From Leidyana gryllorum EB-2025a (lineage: Eukaryota; Protista; Apicomplexa), in the NCBI GenBank assembly GCA_048772705.1, contig JBLWGC010000133.1, forward strand, positions 62,001 through 126,000: 64,000 bases of DNA, given 5' to 3'. A program made the translations under genes and the position numbers. This document shows positions 25,178-37,294 of the stretch, one piece after another (the first letter of the stretch is position 1; each line of letters opens with the position of its first letter). Under the pieces are notes generated by a model. That model did not search any database. It saw nothing but the letters and a program-made list of their open reading frames with translations, and was not told the origin of the DNA.

Positions 25178-26308
25178 ATGTCACCCGGTTTCGCCGGACT
25201 CAGTGCGGATGTCTTCACCCACATCTCCTCGTTCCTGTCTCACTTAGACGTCTTGCGAATCGGTCGTCTGAATAAGTACTTCAACCAACTGATAGCTCGA
25301 GACGACCTGTGGCAAGTGAAATGTCTTCGAGAGAAGCTACCCCCTCGGAGGGGGCAGGCACGAGCCCACTACGAGGCACATCAGTCCGCCTACTACGTGA
25401 TTGAGATAGCCTCGCCCAGCCTGCACGAGGATCTGCATCTCTGCAGAGATTTGCACCAGGTACAACAGGTCCTTCAATCCGAGCTAGCGAGTGAGGATCG
25501 AGTCTCCATCCAAGCCCTGTGCCGCACCGGCCTCGATCTACTACTCTATACCGTATGTGGCAGCAGGTAGGCCTTTGGTCCCGAGAAAAACGTTCGATGT
25601 GTGTTTGTGTGTCTCGACAGAGTGTTGTCCGTGACTCCGCTTTATGACGCCATTACGGTCAGTGCGGGGACGACGGTATTTGAGTTTCACTATCTGGGAG
25701 GTTTGACGGACGATTTGCAGCAAGACACGAGCAGAGAGACTGTAGACCAACAACAAAGTGAAACAGCGTCCGAGGCAGACGGCGGACTCAACCAGCCCCA
25801 CCACGGAGTACCACCGATAACACGATATCGAGAAGGGAGCATCTGTCGATATCAGTTGACATGTTGGACTCTGAACCACCAGAAAGCATTCAGTAGAAAT
25901 CGCAGCCCATTGGATCCGGCTGTGATTCCGGAGGTCTTTTTGGATATCACTCTGCAGCCGGTAACAGTGGAGTTGGACTGCCAGCACCTTCCTCCTTTGC
26001 CATTGGCCGGTGTCGTACTGCACCCTGACCGGATGACTCAACCGTTTCCAGTGTGGATGCCTTTGTCCAGAGTGATTGTCGGCGCCCAGGGCACGACTCT
26101 CTTTCTGAAGGCACCGCCCAAGGAGGAAGCGGTGCGGGAACTCGAGGACCAAGCGGCTGTCAATTTGCAAATATTTGACGGAGTCACATACAGTCGCAAA
26201 CTATTGCGCATTGGGAAGAATGAAATGCGAATCACCGCGCCCGCGTACCACGTTCAGCCGCTGGATGGGATGGCCCTCGAGATTGCCCCTGTGGTCTCTC
26301 TCACATAA
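25178..26308 (+). CDS. F-box protein, 2 exons
   Basis: N-terminal F-box LSADVFTHISSFLSHLDVLRIGRLNKYFNQLIARDDLWQVKC; intron at about 25567-25620 joins in phase. Confidence 0.8.
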
Positions 26309-26348
26309 ATTGGGTCTCGGAAAAAAATAAGAAACCCCAATACCAATA

Positions 26349-26680
26349 ATGACCGAAGACTGGGCGACAGCGCTGCTTGCGGCCTCAGCCCCTCCAACCA
26401 CAACAGAGGCTGTGAAAGGTGAGTGGTCAGAGAGAGTGTGTGTATATATCTGTGCAGTTACAGGCGACCATCAAGTGATATCGTCAGCCGTTGTCGAAGA
26501 CAAAGTGCAATATTACCATCGTATGATGGGGGCATATCGTGCTCCAGAAACATTTTTCAAGCCAAATGGGAATGTAAGTTGAATTGTTGGTTCAGATTGA
26601 AGCGAAAAATTGCTTTGACACAGAGCAGCAATCCTCTATTTACCGAGGTGATTCAGACTGAAATCGCAAAGATGAAATAG
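26349..26680 (+). CDS. Small hypothetical protein of about 80 aa, 3 exons
   Basis: Two GT-AG introns give MTEDWA...VEDKVQYYHRMMG...NGN|SSNPLFTEVIQTEIAKMK*. Confidence 0.55.
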
Positions 26681-26681
26681 A

Positions 26682-28278
26682 TCAAACCGCCTCAATTCCT
26701 GGAGGCATCGGAGTCGGACCGCTGTCAGCAATTACTCCTTTATCAGCTGTGGAACTCGACGGTGGCGAAACCGCCGTCTGTTTCTCCTCCACATTCTCAT
26801 TGTTCCCTGCGAGAGAGAAGAGCGCAATAATTATGCCCACCAGCGATCGACTCTATATTTTATGAATCAAATCAATTTACCTCGGTCTGCGGCGCGCTCC
26901 TTATCCCAGTTGTCGTGACGGCTGAATCTGCTGCCCCCTCCTCCACCACCTCGAAATCCGCGGCCGCGATATCCACCTCCAGCGCGGTCTTGATAATACG
27001 ATCCTCCACCTCCGTACCCACCACCTCCCCGTCCCTCACCACGATAGTAGTTCCGGCCACCTCGCTCGTGATGCTGGAACGGGCGCTCTCCGTCTCCATA
27101 GTGGTGCTGCTGTCCGAATGACGACCATCCACCTTCATGTCGATGAAATGTCCCGCCACGTCCGTAACCACCGCGCCCTCTGCGCCCACCGTCTCCGGAC
27201 CCTTCATAGCGACGTCCTGTCCATTCGGTATTGTGCGGTCCATCCCGGTAGTTAGGGGAGTGATAGTCGCGGCGTACACCTCCGCCTCCTCCACGCCCGC
27301 CTGCACCCCGGAAGCAAAATGAGTCACTCTCAGCAGAACAAAATAGATCTTTTCTGTCTAACAGTGTGGCCAAACAACCAATCAACTACATCAACCGACC
27401 CAGGCAGGAGTCAGTCAAACCAACCAACCAACCAACCCACAATTTCAACTCATAAAAATAGCCACTCAATGACTCAAATCAGGCAATGATAGATCGATCG
27501 ATTGGTCATAACATCTTACAACAATCACATTGAGCATCTTCAATAACAATTTTACATACAGTTAATCAGTGTGTGCACAGACACCCAGGTGTGTGTTTGG
27601 CATTGGGAGACACAGGGTTTGGTTTTGACGCTCACCGGAGTAGCCTTGATGAGAGCCCTTGGGTGGGCTGTGTGTAACGTCGGCTGAAGACCCACCAGCG
27701 GTGGCGTGGGTACTGCTCTTATCTCGATCTCTTTCAACGCTGCCGTCGCCCGGAACCGATGAGGCCTTGGGTTCAACAGACGGAGATGCGGCTGAGTGAG
27801 AATGCTTGCGTCGCACTCCCACATGCAGTCCTGCCTGACGTCGACGTTGTTCCATCTTAAAGTACCAGACACAGTCACGACAGTCACATTCTGAGCTGGG
27901 CGTCATGTCTCGCCGTCTCACGCCTCGCTGTGAAGGTCGATGGGGTTTGTCTTCGACTCCCTGAGAAGCGCTGACAGAGCCTGATCGTCTTTCACTGGAA
28001 GTTCGAGACCCACTTCGCTCCTGAAGTGGTGGCCGTTCCTTCCGATTCCCGTTCCCCTTCCGATCACCTCCTCCTCCTCGATCAGACTCTGCCTCTGGCT
28101 GTTGCTTCTCGGCCGGAGTGGGAGGGGGAGGTGGCCCGGAGTGCTTATTCGGGCGGCGGGGCGATTCCTGCGCTACATGTTTGCGCGCGCCCTTATTTCG
28201 GAAGGCCCTATCCAGCTCTGAAGACTCCGAGTTCTGAACCTGTGGCCCGAGCTGGCGACGAGGGGCCGGCGGCGGCAT
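26682..28278 (-). CDS. Disordered RGG/RG-rich protein (probable RNA binder), 3 exons
   Basis: ORF 27562-28278, a 335-nt intron (27301-27635), an RGG/YGG-rich exon, an intron at about 26807-26880, and a last exon ending at TGA 26682-26684. Confidence 0.7.
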
Positions 28279-28333
28279 ATGTCTTGATCTAGACGGGTCG
28301 CAATATCTTAATTTTTTCCTCTTTCGCTTCCAC

Positions 28334-30018
28334 CTAAACCATGAGCAGTATCAGTGATAGGGTACCTGCAGTGTGACCCAAATGCGTCCATACTACAGTT
28401 GACTGTTTGTCCACGGATGTGGAAAGCGACCCGCGCCTGCGATCATTAGTGATAATTCACTGCTCGTCCTCACAGCGACTTACGCGACACCGCCAGCGAT
28501 TATGAGAAGGACCCACGCCCAATTGGCAAAATCGAATGTTTGGTGTGTGCGACATCTGTACACCAGCATCCCAGCGATCGTAATCCACGCCACCAATGTG
28601 GATATTATTCCGCTCGTCGCGCTTCTGTTGGAGAAAGTGACAGACATTTGGCGCCAACATCACTTACATCCCGACTATTCGTCCAAACTGCCACCACGCG
28701 GGTTTGTAGGTACCCAGAATGTTGTTGGCCATGTTGGCCGGGATGACAAGAGACTCTCCGTATGCCGAGAGGAACGCTGCGATAGAGTTACGTAGATACT
28801 CCCCAAACGTCGCGTGATCGGCCAGAAGATTGGCCTCATCGCTCTCATCCGCCGATCGATCAGTCATGGCTCCGGACATTCCATGTGGCGTGGAGTGGCC
28901 TGACATTGAGGGAGACTGAGATGCAGATATTGGTGACGAGGGTGAGCCCTGAGGGATGCGGAGAGGAGGGCGCAGCGCTTTGGGGGGAGCCTCTGATTCA
29001 TCGCCAGGCGACTCCGGAGACTCTACAGGTCTGAATGCTCGGGCTTCTTCTGCAGCGTCTTCGGCTGCTTCTTCCAGATTCACGAAGGGGACCACCTCTT
29101 CAGCCGCGGTGCGGGCCTCTGAACTGTCACCAATGTCCCGAGCACTTCTCGGCTCGTCGCCGTTGGCCTTCTGAATCTGTCCGTGTAACTACGGAAGGAG
29201 GCAGTGATGCTTTCAAAGCTGCTGTGAGGCCTACCAGGAGAGCTGTGAAGACATCGTCGAGGACGATGTATACGACTGAAAGTCTGAGAACGATGGGAAC
29301 GCTATCTGCAATGGCAATGTAAACTCGCTGGGTGGTGACACACACGTACCCACAAAGTACATTAATATCATAGAGATCAGGAAGGGAGAGAGTTGTCCTT
29401 CGGCGTGCACTAAGGGTGGAATGGGTGTCACTGAGCGAAGACTGCTCCCTATGAAGGATCCCAGAATTCTCAGTACTCCGACACAGACAGCAGTAGTGAC
29501 ACAGACGACGGCCGGGTCCCTATTGGCAAACAGATTGTGGAGCGAAATTCGGTCTCACTTGATGCTAATGATACTCTCGAAGGTGACGGTTAAAAGTGCT
29601 GCTTGGCCTAATAGCATCCAGGCCATCAAGCGATAGCTACGTTTGACAGTTTCGATGCCTAAGATCGGCCATTGAGACCGATCCTTGGGACGGAATCGAG
29701 CTCCCCAGTAGCCGAGGATGTGGCCGAAAACCCATCCCAACTGTATCGATAGAGAGAGCCACGGAGTGTTGGGGTGCTGGCGTTATTGGCTATAGACTTT
29801 TCTTCTCTGAAAAGGAGACTCACGAGCTTCTGCTGGATGAGAGAGGCATAGATAATGGGGAAGAGCTCGTTGCTTTTAGCGACGACAAATGTGCTCAGAA
29901 AACGAAAGCTGATCTCCGGATAGGGGAATTGGTGGCCGTGGACGACCCAAAGGAGAGAGTCCCGAGCTATTCGGACCGAAGCCGAACTCAGACGTCTTAA
30001 ACGCTGACCGTTTGCCAT
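28334..30018 (-). CDS. Multi-pass membrane protein (possibly MFS-like), multi-exon
   Basis: About 10 hydrophobic segments in two halves separated by an acidic Ser/Pro loop (28664-29095); final exons reconstructed to TAG 28334-28336. Confidence 0.6.
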
Positions 30019-30069
30019 CGACCGATCAATGCACCCTGCCAATATCAAGAGCCAAAATTCTGTTCCAGA

Positions 30070-30790
30070 TCATACACCCAGTGCACCAGGAGCAAATGCT
30101 CTGAACATGCCACCCAACTGGCGGGAATCTATCGTAACGGATCCAGGACTCCGTTTGCAGTCTACACCCATCACATTCTCAATAGGCAGGGCTTTGGTGG
30201 AAGCAGCAGCCACCACCATACAGTCTTCACCAGGCGAAATGGCGCAATGCAACCCCCGTCCCTCACTGCCACCCATCACAGCCCAGGTGATGCCATCGTC
30301 CGTGGTGTCCTGATTTTCAGAGATCCAAACATTGCTCCCTGCTGCTGCCAAATCCATACTCACCTTCTGAGTCAGATGGAACTTGGACCCATTGAAGAAA
30401 AGGGTGGTGCCTTCGCCCGCAATGAAAGCTTTCACAACGGAAGTCTCGTCGTCAATTTGAATCTTAGACTGCAAACGGGAGAGAAGGGAGGTGTTGAAGA
30501 TGAAAATGACGCCGACCGCTTACCCCGTCGCCTTGGGTGTAGGTATATCCTTGAGTGGAATACATGTAAGAGTCTTGGGCCAAGTCGCAGTGCCAGTACC
30601 AGCCGTTCATCTTGTCTTGAGACCAGGCCCACATGACAGAGCCGTCGCCATTGAACATGGCGAGGGCATCACAACTGCCGACCAAGGCATTCATGTAGGC
30701 CTCGTTCTCCGGAGCGCCCTGAGGACCCGGAAGGTTCTCCACACGCTTCTTGATGAGATCCTTCATGGCCTGGCTTGGTTGGGCAGACAT
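30070..30790 (-). CDS. Divergent apicomplexan-type profilin-like protein, 3 exons
   Basis: LVGSCDALAMFNGDGSVMWAWSQDKMNGW...KIQIDDETSVVKAFIAGEGTTLFFNGSKFHLTQK|DTTDDGITWAVMGGSEGRGLHCAISPGEDCMVVAA follows the profilin strand order, including the apicomplexan hairpin insertion. Confidence 0.68.
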
Positions 30791-30902
30791 TGTAGAGTTG
30801 CGACTGACGAAAGCACAAAATTAATAGAAATCAAAGTTACGATACACTGTCTCCTCCTAACACTGTGTTACTGGCCCAGATCTGCTATATAGTCACGAGT
30901 GA

Positions 30903-33900
30903 TTATCGCCAGTAGAGTGCCCACTCATGCAGTTTATCCACTACAACAGGGAAAAGAGAACGAACCGACACATCTACTACATCCCTCATGAGATACTGCA
31001 CGGCCTCCGCTCCGTCCAAATCCAGCCGTAAACGCTCTGCAACCTTCGACTTGAACAACCAAAAGGAGTCTTTGAAAACTCGTCTGTGGCTGGGACTGCT
31101 CCCAATCGTAGCATTCGCCACCCCAACTTCCTCCCCTCCGTTCACCTGTTGGACGAGCAGATTACGTAACCGCCGTACGTCGGGGATGTCCGATGAAAAC
31201 GTTAACGACAACAAAGTAGAGAACTCTGAATTGCGACGACGCATTATATAGAACAAATGGGCACACTGCCCGCAAAAGGCTTCGTAAGTCGCACTCTGCA
31301 AACCCCCCAGCGAGTCCACCATCTCCTTGGTAATCTTCATTGGCACTTGGGCAAAAGGCTTGGGGTCATTGCCCAAGATGTACCCAAAGTCGATATGGAA
31401 AAAGCGGCCAAGGGTATCAACCATCAAGTTATCCTACGAAAATCAAAGATCATGTCACCAATGGCCAATCCAGACGACCAGGATATAGCGGCTCCGAACC
31501 ACACACGTGTGTGTGTGTAAACACCGCATGGAGGAGACATCCGTTTGAAACTTACTTGATGTCGATCGCCAACTCCAAGCACGTAGGTGAGCACCGAATA
31601 CGCGGCGGAAGATGCTATGAAAGCATTGAAGTTGTCAACTCCGGCGCTCAGCAACTCGCAAGTGGGACTTGCATTGTGGTGTCGGCCTGAGAATGCGAGG
31701 TAGGTTCAGGGTAAAGATGCCAAGGTTCCTACCTTCGAGGATGGTTTTGAGTGAAATTTCATTGGATTTCTTCAACTGCGAAATCGGGGTTGCATTCTCT
31801 ACAAATTCGATGAGACCTTCGTGACACGACATTGGGAGAACTTGATATCGGAACAGATGCGTTGCAATTCCATATAAATCTTGAAATATACGACCTTCGA
31901 ACCATCTCAGCAATTGGATAGTGAGTAAATCTTGGCGCAAGTCATCGTTCGATTTGAATAGGAATTTCTTTGTGGTTGTCGCACCAGTGTTGGGGTTTCG
32001 CACATTGCACGACAAAACCAGGGGATACTTGGAGCTCTTGATCACGAAGCTCTGTCCTGGATTGACGCCAGTAAACCACAGTTCGGGGTCGGTCGGAAGG
32101 GGGAAGGAGGCGTTCAATGGTTTCTCGAGGTTGCCCCGAGGTCCTTTGGTAGGATCTCGGAAGCTGTTGGTCGCCCTCAAGCTGGTTTCCAGCAACGTTT
32201 CGTGCTCCCGAACGGCTTGAGACCGTATCTCATCGTCTCCAGTGGGGTTGAAGAGGGCCGAGAGTCCAAAGAGACTCCCGGTCTGTTTCAGACGAGGCAG
32301 AGGAGTCGAAGCCTGAACTTCTGACCCTGATCTCGCTCGATGAAGTATTAGAGGGGAGCCGCGGGGAGGTGCGGGTTCACTGGCGAGCTGACGAGCCATG
32401 CGTGGAGTTGTTGGCGAGCTTCTGGGGGAGGCTGGGAGGGAATAGGACATGAGTACGGGAGGGGCGGATGCCATGGGTCCTGCAGCACTCTTGATGGGGG
32501 GCCCGGACATTCCAGTGGCTAAGCTTTTGCGAAGCTTTTCGGTCCGGCGATCAGCCGTGTCCTGTCTGTTGAGGTTCTCGGCCAATCTCGTCAAAGTGCG
32601 TTTGAGCTTCACTTGGCAGTAGAAGGCTTTCAAGAACGACATTGACCCCGGCGGGAAATGTTGAGTCTCGACCTCGTCGGCCTTCTGGATCAACGCGAGT
32701 AGGAGCGTTCGAGCTCGCGTAGGAGTGGCCACCAGCGGTCCTCCCACATCACGACGGCGCAGTTGGATGGCCTCCGAACTCAAGAGCCAGAATAAGTCGA
32801 TCAAGTAGCCAAGACAAGCCGTCTTGGTCTCCGGACAAGTGCTGAGAGTCCCTAGGAGCGCATCACGCATCGTCTTCTGTAGATAGGTTTCCAGCGACGT
32901 CAGCACCAACTCGTCCTCCGCGTGACTCCCTTGAGTAAGTGCGTCCGCCGCAGTCGGCTCACCAGCGAGGGGAGCGGCAGCGTTAGGCTCAGCGGCAGGC
33001 GCTGATCGTTTTCGCTTATTCCGTCCAGACTGATAAGGTATCAGTTGAACAACAAAGAAGAGCAATGCGTGTCGATCTTTCCAGCTGGTGATCACCGAGG
33101 ACAGATTGTTGGCCACTAAATCGTGGGAATGGTCGCGGGGCAGCATCGGACTCATGGCCAACGTTTCGAGAACTAAGGTGGGACTCAAGAAAGTGCCGTG
33201 CGCAATGAAGATGGATCGCAGCTCTGAGAATTTGGACTCGGCCCATATCTCAAATAGAGCCAACTGTATTCTCTCGGAACCTCGTGTGAGATGCAATATG
33301 GCTGTGTGTGTGCGTGTGTGTGTGTGAGACGCAGGGGACTATGGAGGAACTTACTGCTGAATCCGTCCTGAGTTTGAGTGACTCGGGAAGCTTTCAGACG
33401 CGATTTGAGGCTGAAATCCGAGGTGGTGCTATTTAGGTCTCTCCAGACACAGTCTGGAAGAGCAGTCATGTAGCGCAAGCGGCATCGAGAACATACCACC
33501 CATTGGGGCAACGGGCGGATGGGGCCACGGTGGCGGGGATAATAGCGGACCGGCAACCAGATGGGAGGTGGCTTGTTGGTGGCGGCTGCGGCTGTGCTAT
33601 TATCAGAAGATCCCTTGGGAAAGGAGCGTGAGGTACGCGCGCCGCCTCCAGCCGTGGTGGGGCGCGACGTAGTTTGGGGTGAAGTTGGGTCGGAGGGGTC
33701 AGCTGCGGGGAGGTCAATAGCCACCCCGAGTTCGGAGAGAAACTCCTTTGCTTCATCGTTGAAAAGGTGGAAAGGAGGAGGTCTGTTGACTCCTCCTCTG
33801 CGTGTGAGTGCAGCAAGGGCCTCCCCTCGTGTGCGACAAGGGGGGGGCAGCGCCTCCCAGCACGCTTCAATTTTGGAAGGGCGGCATCTGACCTGTGAGG

Positions 33901-34704
33901 GAGCCGAGGGGTCCGTGCGCGCGGCCGGTGTAGTCCAATTGCGGAAGGATACCGAAGACGTTCCGAAGGTGTTGGGGAACACAGCGGGGGCTCGTTTGGG
34001 AGGAAGATCCGCAGCAGCTTTGGAGTTGACATCGCGAGGCGCACGGTTGCGGGGACCAACGGGATCCTACTGAAGGGGATAGAGGGCGGTTGATTTGGAC
34101 CGGATGACATTAAACTCACCGTGACAACCGAGACGGGGGGGAAAGCTACATTGACAGTAACATGGGGCATGATTTCGGGCCAATGCGTATCGGTGGTGGT
34201 GGTGGCCGGATGAACAGTGGCACCGTTCGGTTTATACAAAATGACCCAACCGACATCAATGGAATTCAGTGCCAAAGCCGCTCTCTCGAACCTTTTGACT
34301 ATGGCATCTATGGTGGCTTGGTGAAGCGGGTTGTTAGATTTCGGAGTGGCATAGACACTGTGGACAGCCTGATCAAGGACGGACTGGAGACGTTGAACGA
34401 GAGGTATTTTGGTCTGGTGAGGCAAACAAAGGGTGGCACAGGTTAGGCCCGCTGATGAAAAGTTCACTTGGGCTCTTCTTTGGACTCCTTCAGTGGGCGC
34501 ATAGATCGCCAGTGAGCAGCTTTTAGCAGTCTGTGGGACGTCAACCGCGTGGTTGGCCAATACTGCCAAGCCATCGACAGCGCGAACCAGAATCCGTCGA
34601 GTGCTTTCGTTCTCAAATCTCACCCTCAGCCATAGTGGCAATACACCATCAATTCCTGGCCATTGCACAGAGAGCACACGCAGCTGCTGCTCCAAGGCGG
34701 GCAT
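30903..34704 (-). CDS. VPS34: Class III phosphatidylinositol 3-kinase Vps34; 5' end uncertain (may extend to about 34961)
   Basis: FKSNDDLRQD, YVLGVGDRHQ|DNLM, FFHIDFGYILGNDPKPF, C-terminal VVDKLHEWALYWR. Confidence 0.93.
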
Positions 34705-34987
34705 ACAAATAAATTTAGTCGCGCCCACGATTTTGAATCCCGACGCGCGATCGATCCCTCTCCCGGACAGCGGGAGATCACAATACTATTCTCCCAATAA
34801 AGATGTCAGGGGCCTATGCTTTGTGTGTTCGTTCGTTCGTTCGTTCGTGACTTGGAGAGTGAGTGAGTGACAGGCGGTGGCTGGGCAAAAAAGCTGATTG
34901 GGGAGGGAATCTGTCAATCTTGACAGAGAGAATGGACAGCCAAGTGTTTGGAAGGGGTCATTTTTTTTTTGAGGGCGTTGGTCCGCT

Positions 34988-36556
34988 ATGTCTGAAGAGG
35001 TGAGTCCGGGGGCCGTTTCAGGGAGCCGGAAAAGCAGCGTAGTATCTCTGAAAGGAGACGTTGCGGCTCTTTTGGGGAGGCCCAAGGGCTCTGAGAAGAA
35101 ATCGGATGCAGAGTGGGATCGTCAAATCGAGGAGAAGGCAAAACTGGATGAGCCTCCTGAATCATTTATCGAGGTAATCAAGAGCGATGAGAGCAAGAAT
35201 TATGTGTCTCAAACGGATTGGAAGGAAATGAACATCCCGGATCGGCTGTATATGAACCTCATCAACAATGAGTTCATGAAGCCAAGTCGTATCCAGGCTG
35301 TGGCTCTCCCTATGATATTGAATAGCACCACGCATATGGTGGCTCAGGCCAAAAATGGCACGGGCAAAACTGCTACCTTTATTCTGTCTTCCATATGCAA
35401 GATCGACCCTGACATTCTCCGGCCTCAGGTCCTTCTCCTGAGTCCGAGCAAAGAGTTGGCCCAACAAAACCTGATGGTCTTCGAAAAACTGGCCGAGGGG
35501 ATGAACTTTACCACAATGTTGGGGTGCCCTCCGCTCGTGGACCCCATTACAACGGCTCAATTCGTCTCTGCCACCCCCGGCAAAATGATGGGCTGGACTC
35601 AACGGAACGCCTTGCCACTGGACCGAGTCAAACTCTTCATACTCGATGAGGCCGATATACTCGTCGACGGGACTCTGCCAACCTCTCTCGGCGGTCAGAC
35701 CTGGAAGATCGCCAAGTGCCTCACGCGATACTCTCCCGACGCTCAAGTACTCCTATTCTCGGCCACTTTCCCAGAACGAGTACACAGCTTCGCCAAACTC
35801 ATGGCCCCCAAAGCTAACAGACTCATCATGAAGACTAAAGACTTGAAACTCACCAGTATTTGTCAATTCTATCTCAAAGTTGGGAGTACACAGGAAGCGA
35901 AAATCAAAACTCTCGCCGCCATGTATGCTGCTCTCGTCATCAATCAGTCAATCATCTTTGTCCGCTCTCGACAAGACGCGGTCAAAGTTGCCAAGACTGT
36001 TCGCGAGTTCGGTTGCGAAGTCGGTCTAATCTACGGATCCGGCGCCATGGCTGAGGAGGCCGACAAGATGTCTCTCGAAGAGAGAGATAGAGTCATGGAG
36101 GAGTTCAGAGAAGGCGTTATCAAGTGTCTTGTCACCACCGACCTCTTGGCCCGAGGTATTGACATCCCTCAAGTCTCCCTCGTCGTCAACTATGACCTTC
36201 CTATGGCAATGCAACAAAACAGAGATGTCTTCGACCCAGTCACAGAACGCCACGTTGCTATGGTAAGCCACCTATCAATCCGACCAGTCTCGCAAAACAC
36301 TCTCCACAGGAAACCTATCTGCATAGAGTTGGCAGAACCGGACGATTCGGCAGCCGCGGAGTTGCTATAAACTTTGTCTGCAATGAGTCTGAGGTCAGAT
36401 ACATCAAAACCATCGAAGACTACTATCAGTAAGTGCACAACACCTCCATCTTCCCAATATCATGCTATCGTTCACAGGATCGAGATTCAAGAGATTGGAC
36501 AGGATTTCGAAGCCCTTGAGCAGATGGTTCGACAGCTTCGCACCGTCCCGGTCTAG
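34988..36556 (+). CDS. DBP5: DEAD-box mRNA export helicase Dbp5/DDX19
   Basis: KPSRIQAVALPMIL, AQAKNGTGKT, LDEAD, FSATF, TTDLLARGIDIPQVSLVVNYDLP, ETYLHRVGRTGRFG after splicing. Confidence 0.9.
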
Positions 36557-37294
36557 TAGAACAACAAAACCGAATAAGAGTCACTCCCAATATCATACAA
36601 TCTGTGTGAATATCGTCTGGACAAAAACAACACTGTTAGCATTGAATATTACCTTCTGCACCTATACATGTGTTGAGGAGACGAGCTGTGACGGGCGTCT
36701 GATTTTGATAGCGTCCATGGGGTGGGCAACCAGATGCTTTGAGAGAGATCGCACGTGTGTGCGCCGGCTGGGGAGACGGCCCCCACATTCTCTCTGAGTA
36801 CACTTACTGCTAAGGTGGCAATCCAAAACCCCCCCAGTGTCTACACAGCTCCGACTACCCTTTGAGGACAATCGAATGCTGAGATTCAGATCCCCAAACC
36901 ATTAGTTGTGATTGTTGAGTGTTGTGGGAATCAATGTCGCCAAAAACGCAAAGCAGAATAATATGCAAAGAGATATGTAAAGACTCAAAATGGTCGGGCC
37001 CAACCATTATAGAAGTCAATGTCGCCAAAGTCGTGTATCAAAATATCACCTCCACGTAAGTGGAGAAGCATGCCAACCCCGAGATTGTGGATCCTCAGGC
37101 TTGGCATGTGTCGCAAATTCGCAAAAGGTGCAAGAAAACTTGAGGGAGAGCTCCAACATTATGATTGGTCGCATTGGAACTTTCCCAGTCGAGAGCCCAA
37201 GGCTTTGAGGCTCGGTATCTTGTTGTGTAGTAGTCGCCGATAGATACTTGGGCAATGTGATTTCGTTGTACAATGAGTTAGTCGCGCGTTTTGC

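Noticed and set aside
9367-30363. Several stop-free introns with length divisible by 3 (CENP-C, transporter, VPS35, profilin)
   Set aside because: The handful seen is compatible with chance given the many short GC-rich introns; a genome-wide count would be needed.
33185-34728. Apparent frameshift or pseudogene in VPS34 (overlapping ORFs, G-run near 33840)
   Set aside because: Resolved by the 53-nt intron 34067-34119.
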